A stretch of DNA of 64,000 bases, from positions 124,001 to 188,000 of the forward strand of contig MU058528.1 of the NCBI GenBank assembly GCA_013265495.1, written 5' to 3'. A model generated the notes under the pieces. That model worked only from the letters and a program-made list of their open reading frames with translations, was not told the origin of the DNA and did no database searches. Shown in pieces: positions 1 to 12,479 of this stretch (positions within the stretch are counted from its first letter, which is position 1; the number at the start of each line of letters is the position of its first letter). The stretch is from Vicugna vicugna. Lineage: Eukaryota. The position numbers and the translations under genes are program-made.

Positions 1-374
1 ACATAAATACTTCCGGGTGTGAAAAATATCCAACAACGTATTGATTGTAATTCATGATTTTTTCCTTCAGTGAAAATTCTCTGAAGTATGTGGTGGTTAA
101 GCTTCCCTTATTTGGTTGAAATCTTATTGTTTCCTTTTTGTCTCCTTTCCCCGTGCATCTAATCACTTAAAAATTTCTGGTGGTTCTTTTACATGCTCTC
201 TCACCCACATTCCTTTGCTCCCATCTCCGTGGCTGTTGCCTGTTTTGGCCAGCTGCTTCTTAATCTGCATCTCCCCTAGGGATTGCTGCAAGTGCATCTC
301 CCTGCATCCAGGCCCTCCTCATGTTTCCTATCTTAGTTAAAAGATGGTGTTTTCATTCACTTTATTTCAGTCGC

Positions 375-1050
375 TCTGCTAGGTGTGAAATGGTATCTCA
401 TTGTGGTTTGAACTTATGTTTCTTGAATGACTGGTGAGTTGGAACACCCTTTCTGTGTTTATTGGTCATTTGGTATCTTATTTGTGAAACGCCTTTAACA
501 TTTCATGTCAATTTTTCTATTAGGTTGTCTGTCTTACTCTAATTAATTTATAAAAATGTTTGTATAGTATGATAACAAGCCCTTTGTGAGTTGTGTGTCT
601 GGTGAGGTTTTTCTACCCATCCATGGCTTGCTTTTTCACTCCTTTATGGTGCCTTTTGATAAATTTACTAGTTTTTATATTGCCCAAGTAATCAATCTTT
701 TCCTTCATAACGACTACATTTTATATCTTATTGGGGAAATAATTACTGATACAAAGGTCATAAAAGTAATCTCATATGTTATCTCTTAGAAAGTTTATTG
801 TTATTTTTCAGATTTAGATACATAATCTGCCTGGAACTGACTGTTGCCTAGGGTGTGAGGTAGGAGCTAAGTTTCAGTTTTTTCCTTGTGGATATCAGCT
901 TGTCACTATGCCATTCATAAAGAGCCCTTATGTCCTGGTCTACAGTGCCGCCATCATCATAAATCATGTTTCCATATATGTGGGGGTCTTTTCGTGACTC
1001 TATTCTGTTCCATTGATCTACTTGTCAAAACTTTGTCAAAACCATGCTGT
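375..1050 (-). mobile_element. Old L1 fragment, ORF2 3' region
   Basis: Antisense L1 ORF2 motifs such as ggtgtgaaatggtatctcattgtggttt and tctattctgttccattgatcta; degenerate. Confidence 0.8.
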
Positions 1051-1149
1051 GCTTGGTGATTTTCTTGGAGAGAAAAAAGTTACTTTTCTGGATTCCACTT
1101 AAGAAAACCCAAGGGTGGTAAAATATGTAGACATTTTATATGGTTATAC

Positions 1150-1380
1150 ATGTTTATTTAGGTATAATTCATATACAGTAAAATTCACTCAGGTGTACAG
1201 TGCTATGTCTTTTGACAAATGCAGACAGGCATCTATCCACCACCATAATCAAGATCAAGAAGATTTCCCAAATTCCCTCAGGCCCCTCGTAGCCAGCACT
1301 TCCCCCTACTCTCAGCCCTTGACAAACTCTGGTCCGTTTTCTGCTCCTACAGTGTTCATTCTCTTAGTGTCTTTTCCAGA
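1150..1380 (-). mobile_element. Old L1M 3'UTR fragment
   Basis: aaattcactc..gtgtacag..ttttgacaaatg..caccaccataatcaagat resembles antisense L1M 3' ends. Confidence 0.6.
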
Positions 1381-1667
1381 TTAGGTATTTTTAACTTGGA
1401 TGAAGTCCAATTTATCATCTTTTCTTTATGGATCAAGCTTTTGGTGTTGTGTCTAAGCAATCTTTCCTGATATTACACAATTTTTCTCCTGTTGTTTTAC
1501 ATTCAAGTCTATGATCTGTTTTGAATTAATTTTTGTATAAGTTGTGAAATGTGAATCAAGGTTTTATTTGTTTTTGCATATGAATATTCAGTTGTTTAAG
1601 TACCATTTGTTGAAAAGACTTTCTTTTCTCCAGTGAATTGCCTTTGCACCTATGTCAAAAGTCAATT

Positions 1668-2154
1668 TATACATGGAATCTAAAAAAAAGATAAATGAAT
1701 TTATTTACAAACCAGAAACAGACTCATAGACAGAAAACAACCTTATGGTTACCAGGGGGGAAGAGGGGGGGAAGGGATAAATTGGAAGTTTGAGATTTGC
1801 AGATACTAACTGCTATATATAAAATAGATAAACAATAAGTTCATACTGTACAGCACTGGGAACTATATTCAATGTCTTGTAGTAACCTATAATGAAAAAG
1901 AATATGAAAATGAATATATGTATGTTCATGTATGACTGAAGCATTATGTTATACACCAGAAATTGACACAACATTGTAAACTGACTAGACTTCAATTAAA
2001 AAAAAAGTTAACAAGGAGGATAAACATGATGATAAGTGTGCAAATTTGTCTCAAGATGCTATTCAGCAGCTTTAGAAGTTGCATTATCTAAAAATTTTAT
2101 GTGGCCCATTAGGATATCTCTAAACCTAATAAAAATATTATTAAAATGAGAAAT
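1668..2154 (+). mobile_element. Young 5'-truncated L1 3' end with probable 3' transduction
   Basis: L1 3'UTR 1668-1997, A-run 1998-2006, extra non-L1 sequence to 2154; TSD aaagtcaatt at 1658-1667 and 2155-2164. Confidence 0.85.
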
Positions 2155-2624
2155 AAAGTCAATTGACTATATATGTAGGTCTTTCTTATATCTATTTGCC
2201 TTTCCATATACATTTTAAAATCAGCTTGTCAATTTGTATTAAAATATCCTGCTGAGATTTGATTGGAATTGTATTGAATCTACAGGCCAGTTTAGGGACA
2301 ACTGACATATTCACAATATTGAGTTATCAAAACCATGAACCCAGTGTATCTCTTCATTCATTTAAATCTTTTAAAATTTTATCAATGTTCTGTAGTTTTC
2401 AGCATGCAAGTCTTGTATGTAATTTTGTTTATACCTAAATAATTCATGGTTTTTACTATTAAAAATGATACTTTTAAAAAAGTTTAACTTCCAACTGTTC
2501 TTTCCTAGCAGATAAAAACGAGTTGAATTTTTGTATACTGACTTTATATCCTGTAAGCTTTCTAAACTCACAACAATTTTAGCAACTTTTATAGATTTTT
2601 GACGATTTTCTCTGTAGGTAATCA

Positions 2625-2972
2625 CTTTAGTTTGAATGGCTGTGTCCTGTAAAAATTCATATGTTGTAATCCTATCTCCCAAAGGTGACAGTGTTAGGAG
2701 GTGGGGATTTTGGGAAGTACTCAAGTTATAAGGGTGGAACTCACATGAATGGGATTAGTGCTCTTATAAAGGAGACTCCAGAGAGATTTCCAGCCCCTTC
2801 CCCCCGTAAGGATACAATGAGAAGTCTGTACCTGGAAGAGGACCCCTATCCAACCATTCTGGCACCGTGGTCTTGGAATTCCAGCCTTCAGAACTATCAG
2901 AAACATTTTTGTATTGTTTATAAGCCACTCAGTCTGTGATATTTTGTTACTACAGCACAAATGGACTAAAAT
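2625..2972 (+). mobile_element. MaLR solo LTR (MLT1A/MST-like)
   Basis: aaattcatatgttg..aatgggattagtgctcttataaa..ccagccttcagaact..tttgttactacagcacaaatggactaa. Confidence 0.85.
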
Positions 2973-5020
2973 CATAATCATATGGTCTATGAATAGAGAT
3001 AGTTTCATTTCTTCCTTCCCAGTTTGTTGAATTTTATTTCTTTTTCTTGCCTTATTTGCATTGGCAGTACCTCTAGAATGATGTTAAATGTCATTGGTTA
3101 GAGCAGATGTACTTGTCTTGTTCCTGATCTTAGGAAGAAAGCCTTGTTTTTAACCATTAACTACGATATTGCAATAGGTATTTTGTAGATGTTCTTTATC
3201 AGGTTAAGGGAGAGTGTTTTTTTTAAATAGTTGTATTTCTTCCTTAAATGTTTGATTGAATTTGTCAGTGAAGGTATATGGACCAAAAATTTTCTTTGTT
3301 TGGAGATTTTTTTTATGTATGAATTCAAATTCTTTAGTGGATAAAGGACTAATCATGCTATCAAGTCCTTTCGGAGTGAATTTGGGAAATTTTCTCTCTC
3401 AAGGAATTTGTCCATTTCATCTAAGTTGTTAAGTTTATGGGCATAATTTTGTTTTATTAATATTCCTTATTATCTTTTGTTTGTGGGCTTTGTAGTAATG
3501 TGTCCTCTTTCATTCATATCTGTTGTTTATCTATTCTCTTTTTAACATTCTTGTCATTCTGGTGAGAAATTTACAAACTTTATTGATCTTTTCAAGAAAT
3601 GAGTTTTTGGTTTCATTGATTTTCCCTATAGATTTTCTGTTCTTAATTTCATTGATACCCACTTTTTATTATTTTCTTCCTATGCTTGTCCTTGGTTTAA
3701 TTTCTTTTTTATTATTATTTCTTTAATGGTGGAAGCTTGGATATTGACTTAGTAGTTGGATGCCATTTTAGCAGTATCTCACAAATTCTGAAACTCATTT
3801 ACATTCCATGCAAAGTATTCTCTAGTTTTCCTTGGAAGCCCCTTTTTGACTTATGGGTTATTTAGAAATTTGGTGTTTGAGTTTCATGTATTCAGGGATC
3901 TTCCACATATATTTGCTATTGGTTTTTATTTTAATTTCATTATGTGGTTGCTGTGGTTGCCTTCAGCATGCCAAATTTTTCTAATGATGTCTTGTGCGTG
4001 AAGATCTGGTGCTTAAGGTTTTATCTCAATATTTGCTTTCAACCTGTAGCTTTCAGCTGTCCTTCTCTGCCTGCACCATAGATGGGCCTTTCTCCATGGG
4101 CCTGCCCCTCCCCAGATGGCTGATGTGGCTGGTTACTCAGTGTTCCCTAGACTTGAGGGGAGCAGGGCAGGAGGGTCCTCTATTCCAGCCCACACTAGGG
4201 CTCAAGTGGAGCATCGTGCCTGGGCTTCTGAGGATGGGATTTTCTCAGTGAGCTTCCTACTCGTAGCCAGCAGCCAATTTTCTGCGTGTATCTGTGGCAG
4301 GTGTTGTGCAGGAGATTTTCTGGCCGTGGTTTACTGGCAGGAGCCCTCTAATAGGACTGGTGCAGGATCCTGGGCTCAGGATTATTTCCTGCCCCTCCCC
4401 CAGGGATAAAGGTATTTTCTTCTTTCCTTTCAGGAAACAGGATCTGTCCTGCTGGAGGTGACAGTGTTTACTGTCCCTCCCCCAGAGCCTTGAGGCTTTT
4501 GGAGAGAATTGTCCAGCGGAGGAGCAGGGCTCCATGCCTTCCACAAGCAGGGTTTGTCTTCTCCTCCACGCCTCTCCCACAGAGAGAGTCTTTCTCCAGT
4601 CTCCTGCCCTGTCTCTGGTATTTCTCGAGTCTCAGTTGAACATCTGCCAATAAAGCCTAAAAATGTGTGGGAACTCCCTTGTGTCTGCGGCTCCCTTTGC
4701 TCTGAGGGAACTGCGCTGAATGCTGGCTGATTTCTTTTCACCTGCTTGGATAGAAGCCTCATTTTTCATGTTCTGCCATAGGCATAGGTGGGATCATCTT
4801 TGCCCCCACCCCTCCTTGGTAAGGCCTCCCCATCCTAGGATTTCAGGTTGCTTGGTTGTCCTGCAATGCCATCTCTCTGGTGGGTTCAAGAAAAGTGATT
4901 TTGTATTTTTATATGGCTTTCTCTCATTGTTCTCTAACAAGTGACACTGTTTTTACAGGTCTTTACACTCTAGGTAGAAGCAGAACAAAAAGTTATATTT
5001 CAGCGCTTAATTAGAATAAA

Positions 5021-5034
5021 TTGTCTGAGAAGGG
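5021..5034 (+). ncRNA. SNORD15B: 3' tip only (box D plus terminal stem arm) of SNORD15B/U15B; non-functional fragment
   Basis: ttgtctgagaagg matches the recalled U15 3' end (..GCATTTGTCTGAGAAGG), box D CTGA at 5025-5028, ~110 nt upstream of the RPS3 exon where U15B is normally hosted; box C absent. Confidence 0.6.
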
Positions 5035-5581
5035 ACCAGACCCAGGGGTGCTTGGGTAACTTGCTGTTTTCCTTCTGCCCTATCCTGTTGTGTAGTGGGG
5101 GCCAGAGGAGGAAACATAGCTAGGTCCTAACTGTGGCATCTTCTAGGTGTGCTGGGAATCAAGGTAAAGATCATGTTGCCTTGGGACCCAACTGGTAAGA
5201 CTGGCCCTAAGCAGCCCCTGCCTGAACACATAAGAATTGTGGAACCCAAAGATGAAATAGTGCCTGCCACCTCCATCTCCAAACAGAAGGGTGGGAAGCC
5301 AGAGCGGCCTACCATGCCCCAGCCGGTACCCACAGCATAATAGGTATGTCTCTAAGGGCCTCTTGGGAGAGAATAGGACTCTATTTCATTGTCCTTGTTA
5401 ATACTTGTCCCACAGTGTGGGAGCACCTAGTGAATAACTGTAACTGAATAATTATACTTGCTTTACATGAGGGAACACAGGTTGGAGCCAGGGATTCATT
5501 TAATCTGGTATTCTGTTGGGAATGGTGTTTGCCTTTGGTCTCTTTAAGAAATTGCTACATTTCCTGGTGTTTAAAAAAAAA
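5023..5581 (+). pseudogene. RPS3: Unspliced (intron-flanked) RPS3 retrocopy; 40S ribosomal protein S3 last coding exon at 5147-5343, stop 5338-5340
   Basis: [43 protein letters not shown] is the RPS3 C-terminus with ~11 substitutions; branch point ctaac 5127-5131, acceptor ttctag|, donor TAG|gtatgt; A-run 5573-5581; TSD agaataa(a/g)tt at 5013-5022 and 5581-5590. Confidence 0.92.
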
Positions 5582-5827
5582 GAATAAGTTATTATTCTTC
5601 CTGAGGTGATATGAAAAATTCTCATTTATCAGAGATCTAAAGTAACACTTTGAACATACATGTTAATAATATCACAGTATTTTCCAGAGTGCTAAGCAAT
5701 GATAATTAGTATTTATAATGATGGCACTGAAATATCACAGACTGCAAGTTGCCATCAGAATCATCAGAAAATAGTAAATTAAATGTAGTTTTAGAATTGT
5801 ATTTATTTGAGGATTATGCCTTGAACA

Positions 5828-8800
5828 ATTCCACATTTAAGTGGTATCATATAGTATTTTCCTCTGTCTTTCAGACTTACTTTACTTAACATGACAATCT
5901 CCAGTTCCATCCATATTACTGCAAATGGTATTATTTTATTCTTTTTTGTATCTGAGTAGTATTCCATTGTATATATATACCACATGTTCTTTATCCACTC
6001 ATCTGCTGATGGACATTTGGATTGTTTTCAATATCTTGGCTATTGTATATAGTGCTGCTGTGAACACTGGGGTACACATGTTCTTTCAAATGATATTTTC
6101 CTCTGGATATATGCCCAGGAGTGGGATTGCTGGATCATATGGTAAGTTTATTTTTAGCTTTTTTAAGGAACCTCCATACTGTCCTCCATAGTAGCTGCAC
6201 CAACTGACATTCCCACCGACAGTGTTAGGAGAGATCTTTTTCTCCACAGCCTCTCCAGTATTTTTCATTTGTGGACTTTTTAATGATGGCCATTCTGACT
6301 GGTGTGAGGTGATATCTCATCTCATTGATTTGCATTTCTCTGACTATTAGTGATGTTGAGCATCTTTTCATGTGCTTGTTGGCCATCTGGATGTCTTCTT
6401 TGGAGAAATGTCTACTTAGGTCTTCTGCCCATTTTTTGATTGGGTTGCTGGTCACTTCTTTAGGGTTTTATATGAATAGTATCATGTCATTTGTGAACAG
6501 TGACAATTTTACTTCTTTTCTGATTTGGAGTCCCTTTATTTCTTTTTATTCTCTGATTGCTATGGCTAGGACTTTCAGAACTATGCTGAATAAAAGTGAT
6601 GAGAGTGGGCATCCTTGTCTTGCTCCTGATCTTAGATGAAATGCTATCAGCTTTTCCCCATTATGTATGATGTTAGCTGTGGGTTTGTCATATATGGCTT
6701 TTATTATGTTGAAGAATGTTTCATCTATGCCCACTTTCTGGAGAGTTGTTTTTTTTTTATAATAAATGGATGTTGAATTTTATAAAAAGCTTTTTCTGTG
6801 TCTATTGAGATGATCATATGGTTTTTATTCTCAATTTGTTAACATTGTATATTACATTGATTGATATGCAGATATTGAAAAATCCTTGCATCCCTATTTT
6901 CTTTTTTTTGTGATATCTTTGGTTTTGGTATCTGGATGACAGTGGCCTCATAGAATGAGTTTAGAAGTGCTCCTTTCTTTGTAATTTTTTGGGAATAATT
7001 TCAGAAGGATAGGTGTTAATTCTTCATTAAATGTTTGGTAGAACTTGCCTGTGAAGCCATCTGGTCTGGCACTTTTGTTTGTTGGGAGTTTTTAAATTAC
7101 TGATTCAATTTCAATTCTGGTAATTAGTCTATTCATATTGTCGATTTCTTCTTGATTCAGTCTTGACAAATTGTACCTTTCTAAAACATTGTCCATTTCT
7201 TCTAGGTTTTTCTTTTTGTTGGTATATAATTACTCATAGTAGCCTCTTATGACCCCTTGTATTTCTGTGGTGTCGGTTGTGACTTCTCTTTTTTTATTTC
7301 TGATTTTATTATTTTGAGCACTCTCCCTGTTTTTCTTGATGAGGCTGACTAAACATTTATCAATTTTATCTTCTCAAAGCACCAGCTTTTAGTTTCATTG
7401 ATTTTTTTCAGTCTCCATTGATTTCTGCCGTGATCTTTATGACTTCTTTTCTTCTACTGACTTCGTGTTTTGTTTGTCCTTCTTCCTCTTGCTGCTTTAG
7501 GTGTAAGGTTAGATTATTTATTTGAGATTTTTCTTGCTTCCTAAGGTAGGCTTGTATCACTATAAACTTTCCTTTTAGAATAGCTTTTGCTGTGTCCCAG
7601 AGGATTTGGATCTTTGTGTTTTCATTTTCATTTGTCCCAAAGTATTTTTTTGATTTCCTCTTTGATTTATTCTGTGATCCATTGGTTGTTTAGTGGCATA
7701 TTGTTTAGCCTCGACATGTTTATGTTTTTGTAGTTTTTTTCTTGTAGTTGATTTCTTACTTCATAGCATTGTGGTCAGAAAAGATGCTTGGTACAATCTC
7801 AGTTTTCTTAAATTTACTGAGGCTAGTTTTGTGGGCCAGCATGTGGTCGATTCTGGAGAATGTTCCATGTGCACTTGGGAAGAATGTGTATTCTGTTGCT
7901 TTTGGATGAAATGCTCTATAGATATCAGTTAAGTCCATCTGGTCTAATGTGTTATTTAGGGCCTGTATTTCCTTATTGATCTTCTATGTGGATGATCTGT
8001 CCATTGATGTAAGTGGGGTATTAAGGTCCTCACTATTATTGTTATTGTTGATTTCTCCTTTTATGTCTTTTAACAACTGCCTTATGTATTGAAGTGCTCC
8101 TATGTTGGGTGCATATATGTTTACAATTGTTATATACTTTTCTTGGATTGATCCTTTGAGTATTATGTAGTGTGCTTCTTTGTCTCTTGTAACAGTCAGT
8201 CTTTATTTAACAATCTATTTTGTCTGATATAAGTATTGCTACTCCAGCTTTCTTTTGGTTTCTGTTTGCATGGAATATCTTTTTCCATCTCCTTACTTTC
8301 AGCCTGCATGTGTCTCTAGCTCTGAAATTGGTCTCTTACGGACAGCATGTATGGGTCTTGTTTTTGAACCAGTCTGTGTCTTTTGGTTGGAGGGTTTAAC
8401 CCATTTACATTTAAGGTAATTATTAATATGGATGTCCTTATTGCCATTTTGTTAATTGTTTTGGATTTGTTTTTGTAGATTTTTTCTCTGTCTTCTTTTT
8501 ATTCTCTTTTCTTATAGTCTGATGACTAAAGAAGTTCCTTTAACATTTGTTGCAAAGATAATTTGGTGGTGCTGAATTCTTTTAGCTTTTGTTTATCTGA
8601 GAAGCTTTTGATTTCTCCATCAAATCTGAATGACAGCCTTGTTGGATAAAGTACACTTCTCTCTTGTCACCCAAGGGCCAAGGTCCAGCTGTTCTAGGGT
8701 AAAGTCTGGCCTGCATTTGAGGATTCCTTTCGCAAGCTTTGAGACTGTTGTTTTCTTATTTTTGATATCTGCTCCCTGGTGGGTGGTGCTGGATTAGAGG

Positions 8801-9630
8801 ATTATGCAGGTTTCCTGGCAAGAGGAGTCAGTACCTGTCCATTGCTGGGTGGAACTTGGTCCTGGCCCTCTGGTGGGTAGGCCTGGGCCTAGGGGTGACT
8901 GTGGACTCAGGAAGTCTGCTGATGGTTGAGGCTTTGTTCCTACCCCATATGTTTTTGAACTGAGGCTTCTCAGCCCTTAACCCTGCAGGCTGTTGGGTGA
9001 GCCTAGGTGCTGCTGCTAATGATCCAAGCAAGATGTCAGCCTCGAGGAAAGCTCATGTAGATGAACACTCCCAGAATGTTGCCACCAGCTTTTATGTCCT
9101 CAGGGTGAGCCACAGCTGCCCCCTGCCTCCCCAGGAGAGCTTCTAAAACTAGAAGGCAGGTCTGGCCCAGATCCTATGAAATCACTGCCTCTGCCCTTGG
9201 ACACAGTGGGTGTGAAATTCTCTGTACACTTCCCAAGAGAGTGAAGGCTCTGTTTCCCCCAGTCCCATGAGTCTCCTGGAGTTAAGCCCCACTGGCCTTT
9301 AAAACCAGATGTTCTGGAGACTACGCCTCCCAATGCTGGAACCTTGGGCCAGGGAGCCTGATGTGGGATTCAGAACTCTCACTCCTGTGGGTTATTCCTG
9401 TGGGCTGCCCACCTGGGGGTTTTGGGGCCTGAATATATCACCAGTGCACCCTTCCTACCATCCTACTGAGATTCCTTCTTTATGCTTTCAGTTGAAGAGG
9501 ATCTTTGTTGCTAGGTTCTAGTCTTTTGTTCTCCCCTATGATTGTTTAGTAATCATTTGTGGTTTTGTTCTAGTCATGAGCAGAGGCAAGCTCATAGTCC
9601 TACTATTCCACCATCTTGACTGGAATTCCC
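5828..9630 (-). mobile_element. Lineage-specific L1 with 5'UTR, multiply internally deleted
   Basis: Minus ORFs give the ORF2 C-terminus ([20 protein letters not shown]), RT ([10 protein letters not shown]) and EN (TFSRIDHML); short ORF1 remnant ~8530-8654; 5'UTR 8655-9630 starting ccagtcaagatgg. Confidence 0.92.
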
Positions 9631-11384
9631 CACAATTACCCAGTTTAATTTTATTTTACTTTTATTGAGATTTGTATCTCTATATTTGTATAAATTATAA
9701 GAAACCTGGATTAAATCTTGTGAAATAGAGACAATGTTTAATTTTACAACCTGTACAGTATCTAGAAAATTGCAGAATGAAACTTAATGCATTGTTGGAA
9801 CTCATCAGACCTAAATAACTATACTTCATTTGGCCAATGGTGATAGTTCACTGTACGTGTGGGATTATGACTAGGGCAGTACATTCTGTACTTTAGAACT
9901 TCCCATAGCTATCGAATGGTATAGAGGAAAATTCTTGATGTTTATTTGTCTTGAAAGATCATATTCAACATCTGTTTTTTTTTGTCTGTATGCAGAACAC
10001 ACTTTAAATGATTACATCAGTTGCCTTTAAAAAATATGAGATGATTAATCTTTTTCTTATTGTGAAATGAGTCTTAGAATGAATTTCATGTCTGATTTAT
10101 GGGGAAAATAAACCTTGGCCACCATGGTTCAATTTTGAGTTCTACAGGGTGGAATATGCTTGTAATACTATCAGTTTTGACTCCTTAATATTGTATGGCT
10201 AGGGAGAAATTCAGCTACTTAGGGAAACCAGAGAGATAAGGCGGCAGGGTGGCACACAAACGTCTTGACTTTTTTCCTTTCTTCTGCCATAGTAGACTTT
10301 TACTACCGCGACTAAGATGAGAACAGGACACATTTGGATATCGGCTAGGGGAAGAAGCTAGGAGTGAAGATTTGACCTAGGATACAAATAAAATGACATG
10401 ATTCCTGGTTGTCCAGTACAGACAGGGTCCATGTACTATTGATCATGAAGCAGTTCATCAGTAGTACCTTTGCACCACTGCTCTCAGGGGAATGTTCCCT
10501 GCGGTTATGCAGAAAGTGTTGCAGCAGTAGGCAGTGAAGGGAATCTGGTTTTAGTTCACACAGTTATCAGTAACAGATTGCTCAGATCCGAACTCCATAA
10601 TTCCTTCACTGTAACTCAGTAAAGGGCACTGATTGTGCAAGTGGCCATAGATTCAGAGGTAACGAGGATGGAGGGGGGGATAAAGCAGCAGAGACTATTT
10701 GTAGTTTACAAAGAAAAGCAGTGTCTAGCATGATGTAGATTACACTTGAGGAAATGTTCACTTGATAAAGACTTGGTATTTAAGGGAAGGTTAAGAATTT
10801 GCAATGCACAGTACAGACTGTGCAAGGAGTAATCAAGGCAGTGGAGAAAAATCTCTAGCTGGTGCAGGCCACGTGGGATGAGAACAAAGCAAACCTGCAG
10901 GAGGAGTTCACTGGGGCCTGAAAGAGGAATCCCCTGGGACCAGAACAGAAGCCACGCCCTTCACACTGGACAGAAGCTCCTTCTGCTTCCTCAGAAAGGG
11001 AGTTTGATGTGGACATCAGAATCTACTGTGTACTTTTTGTAATCGGCATTAACTACTCAGTAACAGAGTATGCAGTTCATGTTGTGTGAAGTGGTAGAGT
11101 GGGTCCGGCTGCACGCAAGTCTTTTTTTTTTTTTCATAAAGTCCTGAACTCTATGAACCTGGTTGACCATTGTAGTAAAAAGTACATATTCAAATTGATG
11201 TTAAATGGCATCTCTTTGAGGATATCATTTGAAAACACCCATTTCTGTTTGGGTGTTCTGCACTTGACCCTGGATACACAGGCTACTGCCTCCAAGTCTT
11301 TTATGATGATCAGAAGAGATAATCACAATCATCTATTTCAAAGCTAGACTATTTAGTGTACCTGCCTGAATTATAGAAGAAACA

Positions 11385-11480
11385 GAACTGCTCACGTTCA
11401 CACAGCTACTAAGAGGCTGAGCTGGATTAGAGCCCGGTTTTCTTGACTTCCCAGATCACTGCATTTACTGTAACACTATA
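11385..11480 (-). mobile_element. MIR fragment
   Basis: cacagctactaagaggctgagctggattagagcccgg resembles the MIR core. Confidence 0.5.
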
Positions 11481-11665
11481 AATATAACAGAATATTTATC
11501 CAAAAACTCTTTACAAAAACTTGTTAAAAACTTAAAGTGAATTGAATTATTATTACTCAGGAATACTTGTTAACAAATGTGTTTACACCCACCCCCCAAA
11601 TGATCTTTGTAGGCATAAAGGCATTATGTCTTTTTCTTTGGCTGGATACTCTCGCTTCTGAGAAT

Positions 11666-11880
11666 TGTATTAGTCAGGGGTAGTTTCAGCTATGTGTTGC
11701 AGATTGCAAAATAACACGGTTTTGAACACAAGAAAATCAAATCCAGAGGCAGCAGACTGAGCGTAGCTGCTGTCACAGCTCCATCACATTCTGATTCTGA
11801 ATCCCAGACTCATTTCTTGTGTCTGCTGTTCCAAGTGTGGCTCTCATCCTCGTGGCCCAAGACACTGAGAGGGCTTTTGC
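11666..11880. mobile_element. Ancient MaLR LTR fragment (MLT1J/K-like)
   Basis: tgtattagtcaggg..aaaataacacggttttgaacacaaga..aaatccagagg pattern. Confidence 0.5.
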
Positions 11881-12479
11881 CACCAACACAGCACAACGGC
11901 AGACGTGTGTGTACAAAATCATCCGTTCTGCCTCAAGGTCACGGATCCTTCCTGTTTTATTGTTTGCATAATTCTACTTCTACTCTAATTTACTTACCAT
12001 TTCTGGAAGTAGGAGCTCAGACACAAAGCTTAGCAGGGCAGTAAAACTACTTGCCTGGGAACATGTAGGGCAACTTGGTCTCTGAACAAATTTTGGGTTG
12101 GGAGAGTTGTTTCTTGGAGGCACTTTGACCTTTTTCAGGCTTATTTGTAAAGCTTTCTTAGGTGGGACCGGTGCTGCCTTTGTTCCAGAGCCAGTTTTGC
12201 ACCACTTCCGAGGCGATAACACAGTGCTGTGAGTTACTCTGTGTCCACTCTGCCTGGTGGCGGCACGGGGTACTTCAGACCTGGAGTGAGCTCTGGATTG
12301 TTCCCGCTGTTCTTTTCAGATGGTGACTTACCCATCTTTGGGTAGTGCCCCCCTCCCCAGACACACACTGATCAGCACTCATCTGAGTCCTTGCGGATGC
12401 CCATGTGGCTCCCTTGTTTCCAGCAGTCTGTCCTGGACCCTGGGGACCTGGGCCTCACCAGTGCCCTCCTCTGTCTTCT

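Larger units (their letters stand above)
1385..4985 (-). mobile_element. Old, internally deleted L1M (ORF2 pieces to 5' region), host of two nested insertions
   Basis: Antisense ORF2 motifs (gatgaagtccaattt, caccatttgttgaaaagact, ttgtcttgttcctgatcttagg) and a GC-richer 5' region ending ggtagaagcagaac; interrupted at 1668-2154 and 2625-2972. Confidence 0.75.

Noticed and set aside
5147..5340. Functional RPS3 gene
   Set aside because: No other RPS3 exons nearby, many amino-acid changes, and bounded by a TSD and A-tail.
9750..9812. CTGATGAG on the minus strand as a hammerhead core or box C
   Set aside because: No stem II followed by GAAA, and no matching box D with a terminal stem; the same applies to ctgatgag near 60787.
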